Below are positions 8,360 to 18,169 of a DNA stretch of 32,000 bases, one piece after another. Below the pieces are notes generated by a model. The model was given only the letters and a program-made list of their open reading frames with translations. It had not been told where the DNA came from and did not search any database. The stretch lies in NCBI RefSeq assembly GCF_000253055.1, contig NC_016070.1, positions 1,560,001-1,592,000 on the forward strand, given 5' to 3'. Origin of the DNA: Thermoproteus tenax Kra 1 (GTDB lineage: Archaea; Thermoproteota; Thermoprotei; Thermoproteales; Thermoproteaceae). The position numbers were made by a program, and so were the translations under genes. Numbering within the stretch: the stretch's first letter is position 1; every line of letters starts with the position of its first letter.

Positions 8360-9225
8360 ACAAAAAGGCGGAGGGCATACTCGAAATGGTTGTAACCACA
8401 GCGATCTGGGGTAGCGTATCTATTCTCTCAATATACTCCGGCCTGCCGTCTCCCGTGTTTGTGTTTTTCAGAGTCTTCTTCACAGCCCTCTCTCTGCTCC
8501 TGCTCCTCAGAAACGTCAAGGTCCAGCTGTTGAGGGATAGGCTCATCGCGGCTTCAGGCGTGTTTTTGGCGCTTAACTGGATCTTCCTATTCTACTCCGT
8601 GGCGATGCTCCCAGTTTCTATTGCTGTTATGATCTACTACACGGGGCCCGTCTTCTCCATGTTCGTGATGCACTTCATCGGTGAAAAATTGAGTCGGGTT
8701 AAACTGCTGTCTGCAGCGATCTCGTTCGCCGGCCTTTCCGTCATAATAAATCCGTTTGTGACGATGGGTTCGGAGGGGGCTGGCGCGAGCTTAGGGCTTA
8801 TTTTGGCGATTCTCAGCGGAGTGAGCTACGGCTTGCTAATAGTGTTTAACAAATTATCTGTTGGCAGATTGGCTAATCCGCTGGAGTTGGTGCTTTGCCA
8901 AACTTTGATATCGACCGCCATCACCTTCCCATTTCTGCTAATTCTGCATTTCGAGCTTAACGCCTACAGTATAGCTATTGTGCTAGTTTCAGCTCTAGTA
9001 AATACGCTACTGGCTTTATTCCTATGGTACGACGCCTTGAGGAAGATAAGCGTCCACACAGCCTCGATCCTTAGCTATTTAGACCCCGTATTTGCGACGC
9101 TCTTCGCCTACATCTTCCTGGGGCAGGTCCCGGCTAAGACAACGATGTTGGGGGGCGCGTTGATAATAATTGGCGGAGTAATGGCTATCCTTGAGGAGGT
9201 CGCTAAAGCGAAGAAGGGGGCGTGA
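8356..9225 (+). CDS. EamA/DMT-superfamily permease
   Basis: 289 aa, ten hydrophobic segments, EamA-like repeats; ATGA overlap with the preceding gene. Confidence 0.9.
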   Translation: MNKKAEGILEMVVTTAIWGSVSILSIYSGLPSPVFVFFRVFFTALSLLLLLRNVKVQLLRDRLIAASGVFLALNWIFLFYSVAMLPVSIAVMIYYTGPVFSMFVMHFIGEKLSRVKLLSAAISFAGLSVIINPFVTMGSEGAGASLGLILAILSGVSYGLLIVFNKLSVGRLANPLELVLCQTLISTAITFPFLLILHFELNAYSIAIVLVSALVNTLLALFLWYDALRKISVHTASILSYLDPVFATLFAYIFLGQVPAKTTMLGGALIIIGGVMAILEEVAKAKKGA

Positions 9226-9388
9226 GCATATGAGGGGGCTTCTTCTAGAGGTCCGCGCTTTCGGCGCAGACGGAGGGCTTAATACGCGTGTGAGGGGCAG
9301 TGTCCCACGACCGCGCCGACAGGGGACGCGCGCAGGCCGCCGGCCCACGCCCGAGGTATTGTGCCGATTGGGGCGCAGATGAGTCCCA

Positions 9389-9406
9389 CGCAACGCCGGC
9401 GTTGCG
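9389..9406. repeat. 18-bp perfect palindrome CGCAACGCCGGCGTTGCG
   Basis: Read directly; lies 41 bp upstream of the next ORF. Confidence 0.9.
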
Positions 9407-9449
9407 CCCGAGGACAAACGGCTTTATATTCTAGTGTGGGATTAACTTG

Positions 9450-9956
9450 ATGTCCGAGTTTGTTAAACCCATCTACGCCAGAGCCTTCTTCAATATGGAC
9501 TCCACAGGCTTAGTAACACAGTTTATGGTCTTCTACTATTCAGACCCCAAGGCCTATTACGCAGGCCTCTCCAGAGAGGAGCTAGAGGAGGAGCTCGAGA
9601 CCGCCCGGGAGAATATGCAGGCGTTTTTGGACGAGGAGGTCATCAAAATAAACGGCGAGAGGGTGAGGGCCAGAGTAGTGCGCGTCGATCTGGGGCTCAT
9701 GACTATAAACTTGGCCCACATGACCTTCCTCATAGACTTCAAGGGGAATCTCAAGAGGGGGCTCAACGTCTACGAAGATATCTACGAGGAGGAGGTCGCC
9801 GAATATCCCTACGAGTTCCTCTGGCGCTTTCCGGGGCGCATTGTGAGGGCTACCGTCGCCGGCCGTTTGACGGTCGAAGGCGGAGTTCTCCACGTGAAGG
9901 TGCCCGCTGGGACTAAAGTGGGGGGCAGCGAGAGAGTGGAGTTCCTCTTGGACTAG
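9450..9956 (+). CDS. Conserved hypothetical protein
   Basis: 168 aa ORF, TATA-like TTTATATTC just upstream; convergent 4-nt overlap with aIF2-gamma. Confidence 0.7.
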   Translation: MSEFVKPIYARAFFNMDSTGLVTQFMVFYYSDPKAYYAGLSREELEEELETARENMQAFLDEEVIKINGERVRARVVRVDLGLMTINLAHMTFLIDFKGNLKRGLNVYEDIYEEEVAEYPYEFLWRFPGRIVRATVAGRLTVEGGVLHVKVPAGTKVGGSERVEFLLD

Positions 9957-11188
9957 TCTAGGACGGCCTTCCCGCCTTTCAATACGCCGTAGTTGCTCAC
10001 GAGCCACCTGTTCTTGATCTGCCTAGTTATCACCGCCTTGTCGCCCTGCTCGGCGACGACGGCCTTCCTCAGAGCGATAGTTGCAACGTCCTTTCGGACG
10101 GACTGCACTACTCCGAACACCGTCGCTGAGCCTATGGACACTAAAACGGTCTCCCCCTGTTTTAGTGGCTCGGGCCTCTCCCCATGCCTCGGGAGCTCCT
10201 TCACCTCCAGCTCGAGGACTGTCCAGACCGGCGGCAGCGTGCCCGGCTTCCCCGCCACTGAGCCCGCCAGCGCATCGGCCTTAGTCAAGGCGGGGTCCAG
10301 CGTCGTCATCAATCCCACGAGCCCGCCCGGCCTGGCCTCCTCGGCCTTCTCTCCGCCGTACTCTATACCGACGACTTTAGTCAACAGAGGCTGATACGGC
10401 GCATTGGGCTTGTCCACTTTGAGCCCCGGCCTTATCTCTATCTCGTCGCCGAGCCTCACTGCGCCCTGCAACAACGTGCCCCCCAACACGCCTCCCCTCA
10501 GCTTCTCCACGGGAGTCCCAGGCGGATTGACGTTGAAGCTCCTGAGGACGGACATACGCGCCGGCTTGGACAGATCGGCCTCCCTCTTGGGGGTTATCCG
10601 CTCTATATACATGGCCAGGGCGTCTATGTTGACCTTGTGGAGCGCCGAGACTGGGACTACGGGCGACCTCTCGGCCCACGTCCCGCCCAAGAACTTCTTT
10701 ATCTGGCCGTAGTTCTCCAGAGCCTTCTCCTTGGGAACTAAGTCGACCTTGTTCTGCGCCACCACCATGTTTCTGACGCCGATTATGTCCAACACGGCGA
10801 AGTGTTCGGCCGTCTGAGGCTGGGGGACCGACATCGTGGCGTCTATGACCATGAGGGCCGCGTCGACTGCGGCGGCCCCCGACACCATTGTGGCGATCAA
10901 CACCTCGTGGCCTGGCACGTCCAAGATGGAGATCTTTCTGCGCAGCTTGGGCTCCGACCCGTCGGGGCACTTGCCCTTGTCCAACAGCCCGTCAGTGAGG
11001 GGGTACTCCGATCCTGGGCAGTCGTATATGCCGATCTGAGTATAGCCCAACTTTATCGTCATAGCCTTCTTGACCTCATCGCTGTGGCGCGCCACCCAGA
11101 CCCCAGAGAGCGCGTAGACTACGCTGGTCTTGCCCGCGTCAACGTGGCCTGCAGTCGATATTATCCCATCGGGGTAGACGAAGCCCAT
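9953..11188 (-). CDS. Translation initiation factor aIF2 subunit gamma
   Basis: GHVDAGKTS, GYTQIGIYDCPG, SILDVPGHEVLIATM, VAQNKVDLV; full-length 411 aa. Confidence 0.95.
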   Translation of the reverse strand: MGFVYPDGIISTAGHVDAGKTSVVYALSGVWVARHSDEVKKAMTIKLGYTQIGIYDCPGSEYPLTDGLLDKGKCPDGSEPKLRRKISILDVPGHEVLIATMVSGAAAVDAALMVIDATMSVPQPQTAEHFAVLDIIGVRNMVVAQNKVDLVPKEKALENYGQIKKFLGGTWAERSPVVPVSALHKVNIDALAMYIERITPKREADLSKPARMSVLRSFNVNPPGTPVEKLRGGVLGGTLLQGAVRLGDEIEIRPGLKVDKPNAPYQPLLTKVVGIEYGGEKAEEARPGGLVGLMTTLDPALTKADALAGSVAGKPGTLPPVWTVLELEVKELPRHGERPEPLKQGETVLVSIGSATVFGVVQSVRKDVATIALRKAVVAEQGDKAVITRQIKNRWLVSNYGVLKGGKAVLD

Positions 11189-11241
11189 GATCCCATAAAA
11201 GCAAGAGTATAAAACCCTGCCGCCTGTCCTTAGGCGCCCAT

Positions 11242-11291
11242 CGCCGGCGTTGTGTCCAGGGACTTCCCCCTCGCCTGCGCCTCAACCGGCG
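11242..11291 (+). repeat. Copy 1 of a 50-nt diverged repeat (partner 20386-20435)
   Basis: CGCCGGCGTTGTGTCCAGGGACTTCCCCCTCGCCTGCGCCTCAACCGGCG; ungapped hand alignment 39/50 identical with the partner. Confidence 0.5.
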
Positions 11292-11467
11292 GAGGCGCAC
11301 GGCGGTTAGACCGCCGGCCTATGCCGGAGAGCCGACGCCCGAGCCCTCGGAGACTCCTCGCCCTCCCGTCCCCCGTCGGGCCCGCGCCGGCGGCGCATCT
11401 CTCCGCCGGAGGCTGATCTGTCCACGCCCGCCTCGCTACTATAGGGCGTTAGAGCAACGCCTCTCGC

Positions 11468-11944
11468 TCACCGCCCGCCCTTGGCCGCAAGCTCAGCCAA
11501 CAGGCGCTGTATCTCCAGAAGGGTCCTCTGGACCTCGTCGATCCTCTTGTTCACTTCGTCGATCCTTTTGCTTAAGTCGTCTGCGCGTCTGTTCATCTCG
11601 TCGATTCTCTTGCCCAAACTCTCGGCCACGGCATCGATCCTCTCATTGGTATCATCTATACGCTTGTTCATATCGTCGATCCTTTTGCTTAAGTCGTCTA
11701 TACGCTTGTTAGTTTCGTCTATCCTCCTCGCCAGAGTCTCGGCCACTGCGTCTATCCTCTTGTTCATATCGTCGACCCTCTGCTCCAGCCGCGCCACCTC
11801 CTGCCTCAAGTCGCGGAGCTCGGCCGTAATAGTGCCCAGATATAACAGGAAGATGTCCTCCGTAGAGAGCTTCTTCCCCTCCTTAAGCTTCTCCACAACT
11901 CTGTCCACGGCCACTCTGAGGGCGTCCTCGACTATCTTGTCCAC
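11468..11944 (-). CDS. Long coiled-coil protein with heptad-type RIDxxNKRIDD repeats
   Basis: 158 aa; about nine RID/RADD repeats (e.g. NKRIDAVAETLARRIDETNKRIDDLSKRIDDMNKRIDD). Confidence 0.75.
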   Translation of the reverse strand: MDKIVEDALRVAVDRVVEKLKEGKKLSTEDIFLLYLGTITAELRDLRQEVARLEQRVDDMNKRIDAVAETLARRIDETNKRIDDLSKRIDDMNKRIDDTNERIDAVAESLGKRIDEMNRRADDLSKRIDEVNKRIDEVQRTLLEIQRLLAELAAKGGR

Positions 11945-12274
11945 AGCCCAACGGCCGCTCGGGGTTATAAATGTGGCGGATCTGAGGACCGGCGAGTAGC
12001 CGCTGGAGGGACATCGGCTATGGCAGTTTTCCTCTTGACGATCTGAGTTGTTGGCGCAAGCGAGCCGCTTAAATATATATACCCGCCCCAGGCCCCCTCA
12101 AACGTTGCATCTGGCGCTCCACTTGGGCAGGCAAGGAGGTCCCAGGGCATAAGTCCAACCGACATCAACAATGATCGCCTAGGGCAAACAGCAGTTAGAG
12201 GAGGCGAGGGGCTGAGGTGTAGCAAGATTGCCGTTTGAGGCGCTGGGTGAAGGTTTTTAACTGAGACACAGATT

Positions 12275-12673
12275 GTGTATATGTCCCAGGACTTAATCGA
12301 GGAAATAAGGAGGACTTTCGACGAGCTGTCCAAGGCGATCCAGAAGACGGTCGAGGATGTTGTGCGGACTACCACAAGCACGGTGAGAAAGATCACAGTG
12401 GAGCAAGGCATCAACATCAAGGAGCAAGGCGACGATGCAATAATAGAGATAGATATGCCCGGCCTAGAGCCAGGCGATATATCCCTCTTTGTCTCAAAAG
12501 AGGGTGACTACGTTAAAGCCGAGGGCGCCAGAGGCGAGAGGAAGTACAGCAAGAAGGTGTTTCTCCCGTTCAAGATAGAGCCATCTACCGTCAAAGCCTC
12601 ATATAAGAACGGCGTACTGACTCTGACCGCGAAGAAGAGCAAGCCCCAGGAGATCCAGATCAAAGTCGAGTGA
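12275..12673 (+). CDS. hsp20: Small heat shock protein Hsp20 / alpha-crystallin family
   Basis: IIEIDMPGLEPGDISLFVSKEGDYVKAEG...ASYKNGVLTLTAKK; TTTTTAAC box ~25 nt upstream. Confidence 0.9.
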   Translation: MYMSQDLIEEIRRTFDELSKAIQKTVEDVVRTTTSTVRKITVEQGINIKEQGDDAIIEIDMPGLEPGDISLFVSKEGDYVKAEGARGERKYSKKVFLPFKIEPSTVKASYKNGVLTLTAKKSKPQEIQIKVE

Positions 12674-13103
12674 GCTCTTTTTTCAATTTATAGAGTGCCA
12701 CGGCCAACTGCCCCACAGAGCCTATGTCGGCATCCACTGCGTAGGCCAGTTTGGCGCCCTGCGGGAGCTCCCTCGGCGTTATGGGGAGGTCCGTCCCGCT
12801 GACGACCAAGAGGGTTCTGCCCTGCGGCGGCTCGCCCAACGGCTCCACGCCCTTCTCGGGCCTCGTCAAGGCTATGACTACGTCGGGCCTTAGGGCCTCG
12901 TACGCGTCCCTCAAGTCGTTGAAAATGAGCACCTCGCCCCCGACCTTCAGCGCGTATTTGAACAAATCGCCTATCTGCTGTGCGGCCGACCCGAAGACGC
13001 GCGCGCCCACCAGCCGCTTTACGCCGAATCCGTAGGCCACCTTCGCCATCTCCATTAGTCTGGGCAAGCTCGACACGTTGTAGACGGCCACCGCTAGATC
13101 CAC
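12660..13103 (-). CDS. COG4080-like (SpoU-type/RecB-family annotated) archaeal protein
   Basis: 147 aa, LMEMAKVAYGFGVKRLVGARVFGSAAQQ...LLVVSGTDLPITPRELPQGAKLAYAVDADIGSVGQLAVALY. Confidence 0.65.
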   Translation of the reverse strand: MDLAVAVYNVSSLPRLMEMAKVAYGFGVKRLVGARVFGSAAQQIGDLFKYALKVGGEVLIFNDLRDAYEALRPDVVIALTRPEKGVEPLGEPPQGRTLLVVSGTDLPITPRELPQGAKLAYAVDADIGSVGQLAVALYKLKKELTRL

Positions 13104-13131
13104 GCCCCAAAATGTGGGCCTAATTAAAGCG

Positions 13132-13374
13132 TTATGCCCGAGATCTGGCAGCTATACAGATCATTGCGTCGTCGCACTCAACGAGGAACACGCCGTTCTT
13201 GGCCCTTATGACTCCCCTCTTGAAGCGCGGCGGCTCCTCAGACAACTCGTAGGCGCGGCCGCAGAGCTCGAGCCTCCTCCCCTCTATTCTGAAGGTGAGC
13301 ACGTCGCTACACAGCTCCATCTCGGGCGCCGAGATCAAGGCCGCGTCTCTGGCCAATATGAATTTTAAGATCAT
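13132..13374 (-). CDS. Small conserved hypothetical protein
   Basis: Internal ATG at 13374 gives MILKFILARDAALISAPEMELCSD...; the longer 13132..13788 ORF upstream part is antisense/out of frame to uridine phosphorylase. Confidence 0.55.
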   Translation of the reverse strand: MILKFILARDAALISAPEMELCSDVLTFRIEGRRLELCGRAYELSEEPPRFKRGVIRAKNGVFLVECDDAMICIAARSRA

Positions 13375-13376
13375 TC

Positions 13377-14147
13377 CTAGGCGGACTGTGCCAGGATCTT
13401 GACAGCCTCGTTGGCCACTTTGATCGCGTCCTCCACGCCCGCCTCGGGTACAAATTCGTCGGTCTCTCTGTTGGCAATGGCCGCATAGACTCCGCCGGCC
13501 TTCGCGCCGTAGATCGACGCAAGTGTGAAGATCGTGGCTGACTCCATCTCGAAGCTTAATACGTTCAGAGAGCGGAGCGTCTCCACAAGCCCTCTGGCCC
13601 ACGGCGGCAGAAATCCGCCGTATCCCGGCCTCTCCTGGCCCACGTAGAAGGAGTCCGTGGACGCCACAATGCCCACGTGGTACCTCACGCCCAACGACTG
13701 GGCCGCCTGCACTAGCGCTGAGACGACAGACCAGTGGGCAACAGCTGGATATTCGGGAGGGGCGTACCATCTGCTTGCCCCGTCCCATCTAACGGCCCCA
13801 GTGGCTATTATCACATCGCCCGGCCTGATCTCCCTCCTTAAGGCGCCCGTTGTCCCCACTCTGATGAACGTGTCGGCGCCGACCGCCAAAAGCTCCTCGA
13901 CCGCAATGGCCGTAGAGCCCGAGCCGATGCCCGTGGAAGTGGCAGCTATGGGGATGCCCTTATATCTGCCGACATATGTGACGAACTCTCTGTTGCGGGC
14001 TATCTCAGTTGACTCATCCCAGTATGAGGCTATCTTGGGCACTCTGCCGGGGTCTCCGGGCAACAACACGTGCCGCGGCACTCGGCCTCGCTCCACCATC
14101 AAGTGGTATACTTTGTCTCCCACGTAAGGCCGCTTTGCTGAGCCCAT
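13377..14147 (-). CDS. udp: Uridine phosphorylase
   Basis: HVLLPGDPGRVPKIA, STGIGSGSTAIAVEEL, RVGTTGALR, SFEMESATIFTLA. Confidence 0.92.
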   Translation of the reverse strand: MGSAKRPYVGDKVYHLMVERGRVPRHVLLPGDPGRVPKIASYWDESTEIARNREFVTYVGRYKGIPIAATSTGIGSGSTAIAVEELLAVGADTFIRVGTTGALRREIRPGDVIIATGAVRWDGASRWYAPPEYPAVAHWSVVSALVQAAQSLGVRYHVGIVASTDSFYVGQERPGYGGFLPPWARGLVETLRSLNVLSFEMESATIFTLASIYGAKAGGVYAAIANRETDEFVPEAGVEDAIKVANEAVKILAQSA

Positions 14148-14192
14148 ATAGAGTCCATCCCCTACGTTTTTAACCCTACCACATAGGACTAC

Positions 14193-14429
14193 TCAGCGTT
14201 TGTGATACAACGCCCTCACGATGTTTGCAAACGATAATGCCGACGATAGGGCGTTGAGCACTGTGAAAATGGGGTCCCTCTCCCAAACTGCATAGATGGT
14301 CAGAGCCGCGCTGCCGAGGAAGTACACTACAGTGAGATCTAACGGCGGAGGCGGAGACCTCCTTATGATCGTGAGAGCCCAGCCTCCGGCTATCAAGACT
14401 AGCCCCAAGATACCAACTATTTCGATCAT
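14193..14429 (-). CDS. Small two- or three-TM membrane protein
   Basis: MIEIVGILGLVLIAGGWALTIIRRSP...; ATGA overlap with mevalonate kinase; upstream part of the 168-aa track ORF is spurious. Confidence 0.55.
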   Translation of the reverse strand: MIEIVGILGLVLIAGGWALTIIRRSPPPPLDLTVVYFLGSAALTIYAVWERDPIFTVLNALSSALSFANIVRALYHKR

Positions 14430-15370
14430 ACTAGCCTCGCCCCTCCCTCGTCTATCCTCACGTGGTAGTGTTGTATGCCCATCGACTTGAGAGCCTCGGC
14501 AAGCCTCTCGGCGTCTTTGGGCAGAAGAACCACTACCCCCCCGCGCCCAGCTCCGCTTATCTTTCCTCCGTAGATATAGGGCCTCAGGTTGTGTAACAAC
14601 AGAACCACCTCGTGGCCAACGACGCTGAGAGCGCCCAACAGCCAGTTGTTGACCTCCATGAGCTCGCCCAGACACACCAGATCGCCTCTGCTCAGGCACT
14701 CCTCGGCCTCATCGGCGATCTTGCCGATGGCCTCTATTACGGCGTCTATCGATTTGTGCCTAGATTTAAGCCCTCTGACCTCCGCCACTATCTCCTTTGT
14801 CGTCCCTCTCCTCGGCAGCACGGCCAAAACCAGCTCCCGGATAGGCGTAGCCAACCTCCGGTATCTGAAGGGGCTTGTCTCTATCCTCAACACGCCGCCC
14901 AAGGCTGAGACCGCCGTATCCATAGGGGACGCGGCCCCCTGCACCTCCAACTCGACCTTGTGAGCTAGGCGGGCCAGCTCCTCCCCACTAACATCTACGC
15001 CGAGACACGCCGAGTATGCCTTCAAGATTGCGACGGAGACCGAGGCGGAAGTTGCGGCCCCCACGCTGGGCGGAAAGTCGTTCTTGACCTCGAACGAGGC
15101 CTTAAGAGGGCCGAAGGACTCCCCAGCCTTCCTCAAAGCTGTCTTGACATAAGACAAAAAGGGTTCGTGTCCTCTGGCCCACGCCACATCTCCGTCTAGG
15201 TCGTACTCGATCTGCGCCTGCGCAGGCCCCGCCCTTATCACAGTCCTCTCCCCCCGCTCGCAGAGGACCCAGGCTCCCCTATCCACTGCTGTAGCTATGG
15301 CAGGCTGGCCATAGACGACCGCGTGTTCCCCAAATAGTTTAATGACTCCAGGAGCGAAGACTCTGATCAC
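14426..15370 (-). CDS. mvk: Mevalonate kinase
   Basis: APGVIKLFGEHAVVYG, FPPSVGAATSASVSVA, KISGAGRGGVVVLL. Confidence 0.93.
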   Translation of the reverse strand: MIRVFAPGVIKLFGEHAVVYGQPAIATAVDRGAWVLCERGERTVIRAGPAQAQIEYDLDGDVAWARGHEPFLSYVKTALRKAGESFGPLKASFEVKNDFPPSVGAATSASVSVAILKAYSACLGVDVSGEELARLAHKVELEVQGAASPMDTAVSALGGVLRIETSPFRYRRLATPIRELVLAVLPRRGTTKEIVAEVRGLKSRHKSIDAVIEAIGKIADEAEECLSRGDLVCLGELMEVNNWLLGALSVVGHEVVLLLHNLRPYIYGGKISGAGRGGVVVLLPKDAERLAEALKSMGIQHYHVRIDEGGARLV

Positions 15371-15371
15371 A

Positions 15372-16412
15372 CTAGAAGAGCGACGCCAGGCCGCTGGCTA
15401 TGTCCTCCTCGCTGGGCCCCTTCTCGCCCTCCTCGGCCTTCTCCTCCTTCTTTTCTCCCTCGGCTTTCTGTTCCGCTTGTTGTACTTGGCTCTGTTGCGC
15501 CACTTGTATGCCTAAGTCGGGAACCTTAGGCGCTATAACTGCGGCTAGCGCCGCCGCCTCGGCCGACGCCCTAGCCAAGAGCGCCGGCAACGTCTCCTTG
15601 GAGACTATGCCCAACTTTACCGCTAGAGCAACGGCGCGCATGTGAGCCGCCGGTATTACCGCCGAGAGTACCTCGGGCGTTGGGTACACCACATTTAGCG
15701 CGAGGTTGCGCGCGGCGGCCGCGGCCTGTTGCACCATCTCCGTATACTTCTTTACGTCAATGGACACCTCCTCTATACTGACGAACCTGCTGCCTCTCCA
15801 GATGATCCCCAATAGTCTCAGCTTCTCGTAGATGGGCTCTACTCCCAAAACCCTCAGAATATCGGCTATCTCGTCGGTGATCTGCTGCCCGGCTTTAACA
15901 ACTGGGCTGTCCTTAGCTATCCAGATCTTGCCCTCTTGCACCCTCGTGGGTATCTTCAGTTTGCCGAACTTGCTCAATATGGGACCCGGCGAGAGGTTGG
16001 TGGGACCAGCGGGGGCGATTATGTCGTAAGGAGCTACGTCGCCGCCCCGGGCCTTCCTCCTGACTGCGTTGGCCTCAACTATTCTGACGAAGAGGGCGGG
16101 GTTCTCGTTAGTAAAGATGTAGGCCCTCTCTCCAAACAGCTCCTTGTCCACCTCAGGCGGCACCTCGCCGTAGACCCTCCTCAAAGCCAGCCTCATGAGG
16201 TTGTGCTTGGCGACCTTTATCACAGCGCGGCCCCTCAGCCTGTATCTGTACTCGTGCAATATCCTCGACGAGAGCTCGTGGAGATCGAAGAGGAATATAT
16301 AGTTGTAGTGTTTAACTAGCTCCTCGAGCTCCGACAATATCCTTGTCTTGTTCTGCGGATAGGGCCTCGTCCTCGAGTAAGCTCTCTTGGCCGCTTGTTG
16401 GACAGACGACAT
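15372..16412 (-). CDS. rpl10: Ribosomal protein L10 (P0)
   Basis: Full-length archaeal L10/P0 incl. NLSPGPILSKFGKLKIPTRVQEGKIWIAKDSPVVKAG and charged tail. Confidence 0.95.
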   Translation of the reverse strand: MSSVQQAAKRAYSRTRPYPQNKTRILSELEELVKHYNYIFLFDLHELSSRILHEYRYRLRGRAVIKVAKHNLMRLALRRVYGEVPPEVDKELFGERAYIFTNENPALFVRIVEANAVRRKARGGDVAPYDIIAPAGPTNLSPGPILSKFGKLKIPTRVQEGKIWIAKDSPVVKAGQQITDEIADILRVLGVEPIYEKLRLLGIIWRGSRFVSIEEVSIDVKKYTEMVQQAAAAARNLALNVVYPTPEVLSAVIPAAHMRAVALAVKLGIVSKETLPALLARASAEAAALAAVIAPKVPDLGIQVAQQSQVQQAEQKAEGEKKEEKAEEGEKGPSEEDIASGLASLF

Positions 16413-16461
16413 CGCCCCACACAGCGGGTGCCTTTTTAAAATTTGCTACAATAATGGCGCC

Positions 16462-17133
16462 CTACTTTGCGGCAAAAAGCTCCTTAAGCGCCACGGGCGG
16501 ACCCATAGTCTTCTTTATGTAGATGCGCGCCAAGTGTTGTCTCAAGGGGAACTTCGCGTTGACCTCCTCCAGTATTGTTAGCACGTTGGCTAACACCTCC
16601 TCAGGCCTCTGGGCCTCGGACCCCACTCTGACCTTGATCACGGGCTCGTTCCTCAACCTTACTCTCGCACTTCTCTTGAGCCTGTCTACTACCGATTTGA
16701 CGTCGGCGTTCGGAGGCACAACCTCAGGCATTTTGCCCCTAGGTCCGAATATGGATCCGAGGACGCGGCCTATCAAGGGCATTAAATCCGGGGGGGCTAT
16801 GAAGTAGTCGTACCTCTTGGCCAACTTCCTAATCTCCCTCTTCTTTCCCGCAAGAGCCTCGATCTGGTCTCTGCCTATCACGGCGTCAACGCCCGCGTTC
16901 CTCGCCGCAGTCTCGAAGGCGCCTGAGACGAACGCCGCCACCTTATTGGCCTTGGGAGGGTGCGGCAGAGGCACGTTCAGGCTTATGCGGTTCTCCGGCT
17001 TGTTCAAGTCAATGTCCCTCAGCACTAGAATTAGGTCGATGCTCTGGACGAACTTCTTTCTGCGCCCCCTGGCGAGGGCCTCCCTAATTCCGTCGATTAG
17101 AGTCTCCTGTTTTATCTGCGTCGCAACGCTCAT
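16462..17133 (-). CDS. rpl1: Ribosomal protein L1
   Basis: [25 protein letters not shown]..., [21 protein letters not shown]. Confidence 0.95.
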   Translation of the reverse strand: MSVATQIKQETLIDGIREALARGRRKKFVQSIDLILVLRDIDLNKPENRISLNVPLPHPPKANKVAAFVSGAFETAARNAGVDAVIGRDQIEALAGKKREIRKLAKRYDYFIAPPDLMPLIGRVLGSIFGPRGKMPEVVPPNADVKSVVDRLKRSARVRLRNEPVIKVRVGSEAQRPEEVLANVLTILEEVNAKFPLRQHLARIYIKKTMGPPVALKELFAAK

Positions 17134-17636
17134 CGCCTAAGCTGATCCTCCGCCTTTTTGAGTATTTCGTCGTAGGAGCCGGCTTCGACCGCCTTGATCA
17201 CTTCGGCCGCCGGTTTGCCGTCAACTGTTATGCCCATGGCCTTGCATGTGCTGAGGATCTGCTTCACGGCTGATTTGAGACTCTTGGACTTGAGCTCAGG
17301 GAATTTGAGTACGGCTATCTGTACTATCTTGTCGAAGGGCAAGTTGCCTATAGTCTCCTTGCCTGCGTCGTGGGCCCCCGTGTCTTTCCCCAGAAGCTTA
17401 AGCAAGAGGTCTCCAATAGGCGGCAACTTAACCAACACCGAGTACTCCTTGGTGGATTCCTCAATCTCTAGCTCAACCTTAGAGATCGGATAGCCGGCAT
17501 ACTTTTTCAATTCCTCCTGTACCCTCTGGGCTACACCGTTGGGGTCGAGGCCTATGCTCTTGACCGAGTCTTGAAACTGTGGATTGGGCGCGAACTTGCC
17601 TCCTTGAAGCGGCACGTTGATTATGCGCTTCGCCAC
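17130..17636 (-). CDS. rpl11: Ribosomal protein L11
   Basis: [30 protein letters not shown]..., [15 protein letters not shown]. Confidence 0.92.
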   Translation of the reverse strand: MAKRIINVPLQGGKFAPNPQFQDSVKSIGLDPNGVAQRVQEELKKYAGYPISKVELEIEESTKEYSVLVKLPPIGDLLLKLLGKDTGAHDAGKETIGNLPFDKIVQIAVLKFPELKSKSLKSAVKQILSTCKAMGITVDGKPAAEVIKAVEAGSYDEILKKAEDQLRR

Positions 17637-17679
17637 GCGCCGGACTCCGTGCTATAATTAAAGTTTGCTCTACTTTCTA

Positions 17680-18168
17680 TTATCCAGTCTCTGCGGCGCC
17701 TGCTCCGCCGCGCCCGGCCTTCTTCACGACCTTCACTTCGCTTGCCCTTAAGTCGAGGGGCATGGGAAACGGCGTATCCAACAGCTCCACTCTCACGGTC
17801 CCCCTCTCTCTGTCTACCGACACGACGCGCCCTCTGCTTCCCTTTAGGACGTCCGCCAAAATCTCGACCTCGTCGTTCACCTCTATATCTATCGCCGGTT
17901 TCTTCGGCTCTATGTACTTGATTATCTCCTCAATGTTCGTCTTCCCCCTTAATACTCCCTTGACGTGCTTCACTCCGTAGGTCACCCTCTGGACCACCGC
18001 CAGGGACTCGGCCTCCATAAATATAACTCCGAAGGGCTCCTTAGGTACTAGGATAGAGTAAACTGGCTGTTTCCCCGACTCGCTTCTGAGCTTGAGCAAC
18101 ATAGTGACATTGTACTCCTGTCTTCCTACTACGCTCACTGAATAGATGGAGCAAAGCTGCGACGACAT
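17680..18168 (-). CDS. spt5: Transcription elongation factor Spt5 (NGN+KOW)
   Basis: YSILVPKEPFGVIFMEAE...RGKTNIEEIIKYI...GDEVEILADVLKGSRGRVVSVDRERGTVRVELL. Confidence 0.93.
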   Translation of the reverse strand: MSSQLCSIYSVSVVGRQEYNVTMLLKLRSESGKQPVYSILVPKEPFGVIFMEAESLAVVQRVTYGVKHVKGVLRGKTNIEEIIKYIEPKKPAIDIEVNDEVEILADVLKGSRGRVVSVDRERGTVRVELLDTPFPMPLDLRASEVKVVKKAGRGGAGAAETG

Positions 18169-18169
18169 A

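Noticed and set aside
10377-10970. 197-aa minus-strand ORF and other ORFs inside aIF2-gamma
   Set aside because: Shadow frames of a full-length, motif-complete aIF2-gamma gene.
11481-11999. 172-aa plus-strand ORF rich in Ser/Leu/Ile repeats
   Set aside because: Exact antisense of the coiled-coil gene; its repetitiveness is inherited from the real minus-strand repeats.
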